A stretch of 64,000 bases of DNA from Candidatus Acetothermia bacterium (GTDB lineage Bacteria > Bipolaricaulota > Bipolaricaulia > RBG-16-55-9 > DRXL01): positions 84-64,083 of the forward strand of contig JACOSB010000054.1 of the NCBI GenBank assembly GCA_016179105.1. The letters run 5' to 3'. A program made the translations under genes and the position numbers. The stretch's first letter is position 1. Every line of letters starts with the position of its first letter. Positions 38,464-46,157 of this stretch are shown one piece after another. The notes below the pieces were generated by a model, which ran no database searches, was not told the DNA's origin, and saw nothing but the letters and a program-made list of their open reading frames with translations.

Positions 38464-38564
38464 GATGCAGAAGACGGGCCCTATGAGGGATGGAACACAA
38501 TGATTACTCCTGCGTCGAGCAGTTGTCGCTCGAGTTGACACAGAAGACGAGCCCTATGATTGAT
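38464..38564 (+). CRISPR. Degenerate CRISPR-like repeat-spacer-repeat (orphan)
   Basis: GATGCAGAAGACGGGCCCTATGAGGGATGGAAC and GACACAGAAGACGAGCCCTATGATTGAT, 23 of 28 identical with a 73-nt period; no cas genes in the window. Confidence 0.45.
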
Positions 38565-38672
38565 TAGCTTTCGTGCACCAAAGCCGATTTATATTTCGCC
38601 CGCAGCAATTTTTTCTCAATAAACGCCACATATTCTTTGCCACTCATTGAACACTTAATACTATTTTGCCTT

Positions 38673-38981
38673 CTAAATGTCCGAATGATTGGCTCTTCCA
38701 GTCAGCCTTTGCCTCCAATTTATCCAGACATTCCCATGACAAATTAGTATAATAAATGCCATACAATCTTCATCATTTAATTTAAATTGATTGCAGATAC
38801 TCTTGGCTGTACCTATCTTCACTTCTCCCCGGCCCTGCGGTACTGTAATCCTGAATTTGCATTGACCGCCTATCAATATCCATGCGTTCGTTTCACCTGA
38901 CTCCCTGATTCGTCTATTTTCAACTGGCGGTTTTTCGAGAGCTTTACGAGCTTCCTGAAGTCGAAAATTAAGTTTGCCCAT
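38673..38981 (-). CDS. Small basic protein, HicA-like toxin candidate
   Basis: Size and RITVPQGRGEVKIGTAKSICNQFKL pattern resemble HicA; overlaps the stop of the upstream HicB-like gene. Confidence 0.5.
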   Translation of the reverse strand: MGKLNFRLQEARKALEKPPVENRRIRESGETNAWILIGGQCKFRITVPQGRGEVKIGTAKSICNQFKLNDEDCMAFIILICHGNVWINWRQRLTGRANHSDI

Positions 38982-39561
38982 GATTTCTTTCGATATGGTG
39001 CGCCAAAATCCTTTTCCAACTCTTGGGAAGCTTTCCGAGTGATTCATCTTTCATAGAGACAAGTTCCGCAAATAACTCCATGATATTCCTCTTGAGGCCC
39101 ATTATGGCAGCAGTCTCCGTTTCTGCCGAAGAATAGAGTTCTAGTTCTGGCCAAGTCGCAAGTATTTCATCTTCGTATTCTTCGATAGAAATTGGAATAC
39201 TAGCCTTGATTTGGAAATCATCATTGCTTAAATCCATTAGCCATACTTGTTTCACTGTTGGTCGCTGTGATATTGCTTGTTTGATTTCGGTTATCATTTT
39301 TTCTAGATTCCCAATACGCCTCTCCAAATTCTCGATTCTCTGTACAAGTTCTCCAATGTGCTCAGTTCTATAGGTACCTACTGACTGAATTAGCACAGAA
39401 GCGAACCCTGGAACGGTCAAAGGCCATTGATCAATTCCGGTTCTTCTTTCGGGGTGCTGATACATTTCTGGGAAATGACTTCTAAGCACATACAAGCCAG
39501 ATATTTTTTCTTGTGCTTTCTCCTCATCAGGAAACAACTCTTCTAAATCCTTAGTATTCAT
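38968..39561 (-). CDS. Hypothetical protein with coiled coil and C-terminal HicB-like domain
   Basis: ISIEEYEDEILATWPELELYSSAETETAAIMGLKRNI resembles the HicB partial RNase H fold. Confidence 0.55.
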   Translation of the reverse strand: MNTKDLEELFPDEEKAQEKISGLYVLRSHFPEMYQHPERRTGIDQWPLTVPGFASVLIQSVGTYRTEHIGELVQRIENLERRIGNLEKMITEIKQAISQRPTVKQVWLMDLSNDDFQIKASIPISIEEYEDEILATWPELELYSSAETETAAIMGLKRNIMELFAELVSMKDESLGKLPKSWKRILAHHIERNHGQT

Positions 39562-40217
39562 GTAGTCTCCTTAGGGGTAGCGAACTTTCTGGCTATTTCG
39601 GTTGCCTTTCTAAGCGAGTCTTGAGGTAAATCCTCCTGAAGAGAACTTTTATACTCAAAGGATACAGATAAGTTTAGTTCTTCAGAAGTTCTCTTTGAAC
39701 GTTTCCCGGCATTCGTACAATCTATGACAGCACTATAGAGTAAATCTTCGCCCCTGTATTTTGTTAGACGAATACCACGTATTTCATCAAAAATTTCATT
39801 ACTGCCATCCCCGATGGAAAGCGGCAATGGAATAATACACACGACTTCATTTAATGGATAGCTGAAAGTTGTTCTACAAAAAATTTTAACATTCCCTTTC
39901 AGTCCAGCAAGTTTTTCAAGAACAGTCTCTGCCTTTATAACAGTCTTCGGAGATTCAGATACAGAAGCTCTCCTATAGGTAATGTCAAAAAATGACTCTT
40001 CTTTTTTGTCAGGCTTTGACAATAATCCCATGATACTATATTTTGTTTTGCCGATTGAGTAGGACTCAGTAAATAATAACAACTCACGTTTCCTTCGGCT
40101 TTGATCCTCCAACCTAATTAGTTGCTCAAAAGAACTTTTGGGCAAGGTAATATGTCCGTGTCCATATAATTCTATAGCTCTAGCACTTTGTAAGTCGAGT
40201 TTAGTAGTCCACGACAT
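39558..40217 (-). CDS. Hypothetical beta-rich protein
   Basis: 219-aa AT-rich ORF with AAGGGG RBS; ATGA overlap with the next gene. Confidence 0.65.
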   Translation of the reverse strand: MSWTTKLDLQSARAIELYGHGHITLPKSSFEQLIRLEDQSRRKRELLLFTESYSIGKTKYSIMGLLSKPDKKEESFFDITYRRASVSESPKTVIKAETVLEKLAGLKGNVKIFCRTTFSYPLNEVVCIIPLPLSIGDGSNEIFDEIRGIRLTKYRGEDLLYSAVIDCTNAGKRSKRTSEELNLSVSFEYKSSLQEDLPQDSLRKATEIARKFATPKETT

Positions 40218-40587
40218 TGATTTCCCCTTATTTTAATCCTTACATTTATACTTCAACATTTCCCTTAGTGCCAATTTTGTCTCAATTCACCCGTAATTTC
40301 GCTGGCAAATGTCCATGAGGCAAGAGAAGTCTGCTAGGTCGCCGTTCGCTGGATGTTTATTTGGCTAAAATTGGAAGCGAAGAGTCCCCGGACTTTTGCA
40401 GCAAAGCTGCAATCGCTGGCTTTGCCTCAAATGTCAAGGTTTTGGCCTACTTTTGGGGCAAGTGACAAATCTGCCTCAAAAGTCGCTGTGATCCGTAGCT
40501 CATAGATGGATTGTATCAGAACACAAAGGTTATGGCACAGCACTTTGCACAAGACTATATTGATTATGAAGCCTCAGAAGAGAAAAG

Positions 40588-41013
40588 TCATTGTTTCGAT
40601 CTTTTCAATATTTTTACCACATTCCCGTATGCTGGCCCTTCTAATGCCTGCAAGGTACTATGTTCAATATCTACGTTTTTGCCTAGCTTACTTGCCCAAA
40701 TCCCTGAACCCAATTGCCTAGCCATATGAGTTGGCATACCATTATTCCTGGCATAAATTGCAACTTTTTCGTAACCTTCTTCTAATGAAGCATTTTCACA
40801 GGGAATATACCTAAGAGTTCTAAAGGCTTGTATAAAACTTTCCACTGTCGTTTGTCGGCGAATACCGTCTGGCCAATAGGCTCTTGTTGGCCACCACCAT
40901 CTGTGGGTTTCTCCAGCAGCATAGGCAACACAGTTGTAGTAATGAGATTCTTCGCTCGCTACCTTCCACTGGGCATTCTGCAATTGCGGGAATTCACTGA
41001 AATCCAAACTCAT
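40588..41013 (-). CDS. Papain-like Cys-His protein (DUF7689-like)
   Basis: YNCVAYA...WWWP...THMARQ...WASKLG; TGATG coupling to the upstream gene. Confidence 0.7.
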   Translation of the reverse strand: MSLDFSEFPQLQNAQWKVASEESHYYNCVAYAAGETHRWWWPTRAYWPDGIRRQTTVESFIQAFRTLRYIPCENASLEEGYEKVAIYARNNGMPTHMARQLGSGIWASKLGKNVDIEHSTLQALEGPAYGNVVKILKRSKQ

Positions 41014-41462
41014 CAATAACCGTGCTGTTGACCCCACCTCAGCCATGCTTCGGTCATTTTCCTAATATCTCCTAGATCACCAGGGTCAACGGGGTCATCT
41101 CCTGTTATTGCTTCCAACGCGGCAAACCAATGATCTGGACGTTCTTGCAGTTCCTTTAATAAGAAAGGAATCGCTGGGATTCCAATCGTTATTATCGCTT
41201 GATAACAAGGGTGTGAAATCATCTCGTCAATCGAGGAAGTAAATTTAACCTCTTCGCGCCATTGCCCTGCTAAGTAGTTCAATGTTTGGAATATTGCCTG
41301 TTGGGAAAAAATGTAAGACAATTTCTTAATGGATGAATTATCCGATTGACTCCGAGAAGCTTGCCATGCTTGCACACGGGAATCCGTACTATCCGTGCGT
41401 GTCACAGCATAATCAATACTATTAGTACCTGTTACAGCATAATCAACGACTTCCATAATCAT
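41013..41462 (-). CDS. Hypothetical protein with S/T-rich N-terminus and HEAT-like C-terminal domain
   Basis: HPCYQAIITIGIPAIPFLLKEL...HWFAALEAITG..P; N-terminal DYAVT repeat. Confidence 0.7.
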   Translation of the reverse strand: MIMEVVDYAVTGTNSIDYAVTRTDSTDSRVQAWQASRSQSDNSSIKKLSYIFSQQAIFQTLNYLAGQWREEVKFTSSIDEMISHPCYQAIITIGIPAIPFLLKELQERPDHWFAALEAITGDDPVDPGDLGDIRKMTEAWLRWGQQHGY

Positions 41463-41857
41463 TCCTTTTTCTGCTGTTCTTGCACTTTCAATGCTTCAAA
41501 TTCGGCTACTTTTTGCAATAACCAGTTCGCTATGACTTTAGCATCAGGTGCACTCATCACAACTCCGACTTGAAACTCTCTAGTTATATCTACAGTTCCA
41601 GGGGTCTTTGTCTGAGTAATCTGTTCACCCAAGCCACCGCCCTCTGTTACTTTTCTGATTTCTTCCTTTGGGGCGGTGGCATACTCTATGAAAAAATCAC
41701 ATTTCAGACCTTGTGCAGTAACTCCTCCGTAAACCCCAGTTGCTGCTATAACTCTATAATCATTTGCCATCTTGTAAGTGAATCTTACTTTATCGGGTAG
41801 TTTACCAATAGACTCTGCCACAAGTTCCTTTCTCAAGTAGATGTCAAGTATATTCAT
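41459..41857 (-). CDS. Hypothetical small beta-strand protein with C-terminal helix (DUF3467-like pattern)
   Basis: YRVIAATGVYGGVT...CDFFIE...REFQVGVVMSAPDAKVIANWL; ATGA overlap with the next gene. Confidence 0.65.
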   Translation of the reverse strand: MNILDIYLRKELVAESIGKLPDKVRFTYKMANDYRVIAATGVYGGVTAQGLKCDFFIEYATAPKEEIRKVTEGGGLGEQITQTKTPGTVDITREFQVGVVMSAPDAKVIANWLLQKVAEFEALKVQEQQKKE

Positions 41858-41981
41858 TCTACTATACCCAGACTTTTACATCAAAGTCACGAAAAATTTC
41901 GCATACTTTTGAGGCAAAGCCGCAATCGCTCAAATAAATAAGTAAATTATGCTTATTTTAAGATATTTATAAACAAAAGTA

Positions 41982-42010
41982 TTGACAAATTATATTTGCT
42001 GTGCTATACT
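41982..42010 (+). promoter_or_regulatory. Sigma70-type promoter of the MFS gene
   Basis: TTGACA-17 nt-TATACT with TG extension. Confidence 0.8.
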
Positions 42011-42042
42011 TAGGCCGCAGATCCGCCAAAGGAGGGTTCACC

Positions 42043-43398
42043 ATGAACGCGACAAAAACTTTTAAGAGACTTGCCAGCTCTCTGCGCCAATTCACTACTC
42101 CTTCCGTCGAACGAGAAGCCACGGGCTTGACTGGTTACATCCAAAAAATAAAGCTCTTCAGCTACAACGCGCGGCTCTATCTTCTTCACGTGATCGGGAT
42201 GGACCTGATCCACGGCACCTGGGATGTGATCTTCAATCTCTACTTGCTCGCGGCTGGTTTTGGCGTCGATTTTATCGGCTTACGCATTTTAATCAGCGGA
42301 GTCTCGCGCTCGATCGCCGCGATCCCGATGGGCTGGGTCTCAGATCGCATCGGGCGCAAAGCCGGGTTTATTCTGGGAGATGGCATCGGCGCAGCCATAG
42401 CCCTTGTCCAGATTATGACCGTGAACCCCGCTGTCTTGCTCGTCGCTCCGGTGATTGGGAGCTTCTTTGGTGCGTTGCACGAGGTCACCGAGCCGGCCTT
42501 CATGGCCGAGAACAGCGAGAAGCGCGAGCGTGTTCATCTCTTCAGCGTCTCGGATGGCCTGCGTACGCTCTCGGCGATGGTTGGTAGTCTGATCGCTGGC
42601 TTCTTGCCCCTCTGGGTCGCGAATGCGTTTGGTTTTAACAAACTCGATGCCTATCGCATCGCGACGTTCATCGGCATCGCCTGGTGGTTCCTCTCGCTCG
42701 CTCCTGCGGTGATGTTGCGAACATATCAGCGACCTGAAACTGTGTTGAACACTAAGCACCCGAAAGGTTTCTCGGCGCTCTGGAAGAACGTGAAGAATCC
42801 AATACTTATCGCGCGGTTTGTGACGGTCGATGCTCTCATCGCGCTCGGCGCGGGCTTCGTCGTCCCGCTCTTCAACGTGTTTTTCAAAGAAGGCGTGCAC
42901 GCGCATGAGCACGAGATCGGTGTCACGTTTGCGACGGGCTCCGCTTTCTTGGCGATCGCTGCCCTGCTCTCGCCTTTCGTCGTCGAACGACTTGGGAAAG
43001 TGCGGGCCGTCTTTTACACGCGCTTGCTCTCAGTTCCGTTCATTCTGGTGATGGCCTTCGCCCCGGAAGTCGGAGCAGACGTCGGCGCGCTCTCCGTGCT
43101 CTCGGTGGCGGGCATGGCCTACGTCGCGCGCACGATGTTCATGAATATGTCGAACCCAGCGGCCTCGGCGTTCAGCATGGAGACGCTCGATCCGGGAGAG
43201 CGTGCAACATTTATAGGATTCTCGACAGCCGCTTATGGGGTCCTCACCGGGCTCGGAGGTTTGCTCGGCTCGCGCATGATGGACGCCGGCGATTTCCGCA
43301 CGCCCTTCCTCATCATGAGCGCGATGTATTTGCTCTCGAATGTGTTCTACTGGGTCTTTTTCCGAACGCTGGAGAAAGTTTCAGAGAACAAAATTTAG
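42043..43398 (+). CDS. MFS transporter
   Basis: GWVSDRIGRK motif A; about 12 transmembrane segments; AGGAGG RBS before ATG 42043. Confidence 0.9.
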   Translation: MNATKTFKRLASSLRQFTTPSVEREATGLTGYIQKIKLFSYNARLYLLHVIGMDLIHGTWDVIFNLYLLAAGFGVDFIGLRILISGVSRSIAAIPMGWVSDRIGRKAGFILGDGIGAAIALVQIMTVNPAVLLVAPVIGSFFGALHEVTEPAFMAENSEKRERVHLFSVSDGLRTLSAMVGSLIAGFLPLWVANAFGFNKLDAYRIATFIGIAWWFLSLAPAVMLRTYQRPETVLNTKHPKGFSALWKNVKNPILIARFVTVDALIALGAGFVVPLFNVFFKEGVHAHEHEIGVTFATGSAFLAIAALLSPFVVERLGKVRAVFYTRLLSVPFILVMAFAPEVGADVGALSVLSVAGMAYVARTMFMNMSNPAASAFSMETLDPGERATFIGFSTAAYGVLTGLGGLLGSRMMDAGDFRTPFLIMSAMYLLSNVFYWVFFRTLEKVSENKI

Positions 43399-43443
43399 TG
43401 AGCGGGCTGGCAAGCTTTCTCCTAGGTAATATAATGTCTGACC

Positions 43444-43469
43444 GTAGGGGCGAGGTTACTTCGCCCCAC
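43444..43469. repeat. GTAG-type REP-like palindrome
   Basis: GTAGGGGCGAGGTTACTTCGCCCCAC. Confidence 0.85.
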
Positions 43470-43480
43470 ACAAATCCAGT

Positions 43481-44101
43481 ATGAATGAAGAATTGCCGAC
43501 GACCCAGAAGATCAGTTTAGAGCGATACCTCCCGAGGATTTTCTGGAGCTTGCTCATTGGCGCACTGGTCGGGAGCGTCGGCGGTTTTCTCATTATTTTC
43601 TACTTCGCAAAAAATATCTGGTGCTACATCGGCGCATTAGTCGGCGGGGCACTAGGTGCTCTGCAAGTCGCGCGCATCTTGGCCTCGATGCTCAATCTCA
43701 ATGAGCAACAGCTCTATCATGGAGAGAACATCACCGGGCAATGGATCCGTCTGTACTGGCTTCTCAACTCGCACTTCTTGCTCGCCATGTATGGCGTCGT
43801 CGTCGGCTTCGTGCTCTCTTTGGGGCTCATGGTCTACGATACGTACAATTTGCCTCTTGTAAAAGGACAAGCCAAGGTAGTCAACGCTGAACTCGATCAA
43901 GAAGCTGCCTACCGGAGCGACGAATTCAAGGGGCGCGTTTATATAATCACTGTTCAAATGGGAACAGCTAAGCTAAACTATCACGTTGATATCGAGACTT
44001 ACGACCGTACGCGCGTGGAAGATATAGTGCAGATCGCTTACACCGAAAGTCGACTCTTCCACATCGTTCAGCTGCGTGACGTACACAAAGCATCTCAATA
44101 A
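43481..44101 (+). CDS. Hypothetical membrane protein with C-terminal beta domain
   Basis: Three hydrophobic segments followed by a short beta-rich tail. Confidence 0.65.
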   Translation: MNEELPTTQKISLERYLPRIFWSLLIGALVGSVGGFLIIFYFAKNIWCYIGALVGGALGALQVARILASMLNLNEQQLYHGENITGQWIRLYWLLNSHFLLAMYGVVVGFVLSLGLMVYDTYNLPLVKGQAKVVNAELDQEAAYRSDEFKGRVYIITVQMGTAKLNYHVDIETYDRTRVEDIVQIAYTESRLFHIVQLRDVHKASQ

Positions 44102-44142
44102 ATTTCTTCATTGATTGTTGGCAGATTCTAGCATTCAGGGTG

Positions 44143-45850
44143 ATGAGCGATTTCTAATACGACCGATGTAGCCATCGTGGGCGGTGGCGTGGCGGGAGCT
44201 TATATTGCTTGGCGCTTGGGCACAGCGACACTCCAGGAGTTAGACCCAGGGTTCGCCCGCGTGCCGAACGAAACTTCTCTGTATGAATTACTCAAGGAGC
44301 GTTCCGGAAGATTAAGAATTCACTTGTACGAACAGAGCGATCGGATCGGTGGCCGCCTGCATTCGTTACGCGTTCGAGGCATGCCCGACGTGCGCGCCGA
44401 ACTGGGAGGCATGCGCTATCATTCGACACATCAGATGGTCGCGGGATTAGTGAAACAATTGGGCTTGGTTCCCAAGCCCTTCCCCACAGGAGATAAGAAT
44501 AATCTTTTCTATTTACGCCGTCACCGTTTACGCTCCAAAGACCTTCTGAACGCAAATTCAGCTCTCTATCGATTAGCGCCTCACGAGAGAGCTAAGGCAC
44601 CTGCTGATTTGATCTTGCACGCGATCGAGAGGATCATTGGCGATGCGCGAAGATTTTCTGGAGAAACTGAGACAGTTTGGAAGAGACGGTGGGAACGGCT
44701 CAGACGAGAAGCGCAGTTGGAGAATAAAAGGCTCTATGAGCTTGGCTTCTGGGATGTGCTCGCGAACCTCTTGAGCAGCGAGGGTTATCAGTTTGTGCTG
44801 GATGCGGGAGGCTACTCGCCCTTCCGCAAAAATTGGAATGCCGCCGAGGCGATTTACTGGTTTCTCGCCGATTTTCTGGCCGAAGAAACCGAAGAAGCTC
44901 TGGGGTATCAGACCCTGGAAAAGGGATTTGACCGACTTCCGCAGACGCTCGCCGAGAATTTTAAGAACTTTCCGAATGCGCACATATTTTTGAGACACAA
45001 GCTGGTCTCATTCAAGCAAGACCCACTCAATCCAAGGGTCATCAAACTCTACTTCGAAGATCTTGAGCATCATCACACTGTCCAAGTCAATGCATATCAT
45101 CTGATTCTCGCGATGCCTCAACGAGCCCTCAAACTCTTGGACCAACGCAACAACTTCTTCGACTCTGAGCAACTCCAGCGTGATTTGGATTCTGTTATCG
45201 CTGAGCCCGCGATGAAGCTCTTTCTCGCTTACAAAACCCCTTGGTGGCACGCTCTGAAAATACACTCTGGTAGCTCGATCACGGACCTGCCTATCCGACA
45301 AACGTACTACTTTGGGGCGCAATCGGAAGCAAGCCCAACTGAGAAAGACAACTCAAATTCTTTGTTGCTCGCCGTCTATAACTACGGTGATATACGCGGA
45401 GTTTGGGGAAAATTTTTTGAAAAGTCTAACTCGCCTGCTCAAGGGCTTTTCGAGATTGACAAGACCGTAGAGCCCGGCTATCCCGATCGACTCGAAAGAG
45501 ACCATCTGCCCACGAGAGCGCTCGTGCAAGCCGTCCAAGCTCAGCTCAAAGAAGTGCACGGTCTCGCGTCCGACGTACCGGAGCCCTACACGGCGCTCGT
45601 GCAGGACTGGGGGAAAGATCCATACGGCGGGGCTTGGCACTTGTGGAAGACCGGAGCAAAATCTTTTGAAATCATTCCACGCATAAGACATCCATATCCT
45701 CATCGCAACGTCTACATCTGTGGCGAAGCGTATTCGACCGAGCACGCCTGGGTCGAAGGGGCGCTCATCTCGGCGGAGAATGTGCTTGAGAAAATTTTGG
45801 GGTTGAAAAGACCAAACTGGTTGTCCGATGATTACTATCTCGGACCTTAA
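44143..45850 (+). CDS. Flavin monoamine/L-amino-acid oxidase family protein with apparent 5' frameshift
   Basis: DVAIVGGGVAG, EQSDRIGGRL, ELGGMRY, ICGEAYS...WVEGAL; ATG 44143 is one base out of frame with the body. Confidence 0.8.
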
Positions 45851-46157
45851 CCGAGCTTGCCCAGCCAAACCGATCAGCACAAACAGAGCTAAAAAATTTG
45901 AACCAACTCACCTACGTGTCGCCCTCAAGAGACACGCGTCTCATCTCGAAGGCCTCAAAGTAATAACGCTTTTGTAATCAGTATTATCGCTGTTTTGCTC
46001 TCTGATCGCGTACGCTGCTGGCTGTGAGAATGTACGGGTCGATCGGCGGAGGTTTTGCCTTCTCTCTTTTGCATAGCCGCTACGTCGATCTTGCCCCAAA
46101 ATTCAAGGAGAAGCGATGAGATTTTTCAATCTGATTCACGCCAGAAGGAAGGTCGAT

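Larger units (their letters stand above)
40418..41921. mobile_element. Non-autonomous cargo transposon with IS903/IS5-like ends and three passenger genes
   Basis: TIRs GGCTTTGCCTCAAATGT (40418-40434) and ACTTTTGAGGCAAAGCC (41905-41921), 16 of 17 match; exact 9-bp direct repeat GCAATCGCT at 40409-40417 and 41922-41930; no transposase inside. Confidence 0.85.

Noticed and set aside
38566-38585. Left TIR of a second cargo transposon (AGCTTTCGTGCACCAAAGCC)
   Set aside because: Only a partial match to the 40391-40408 end and no matching target duplication; kept as a possibility only.
35757-41930. Prophage or intact integron
   Set aside because: No phage structural genes, the integrase is only a fragment, and I could not identify canonical attC sites.
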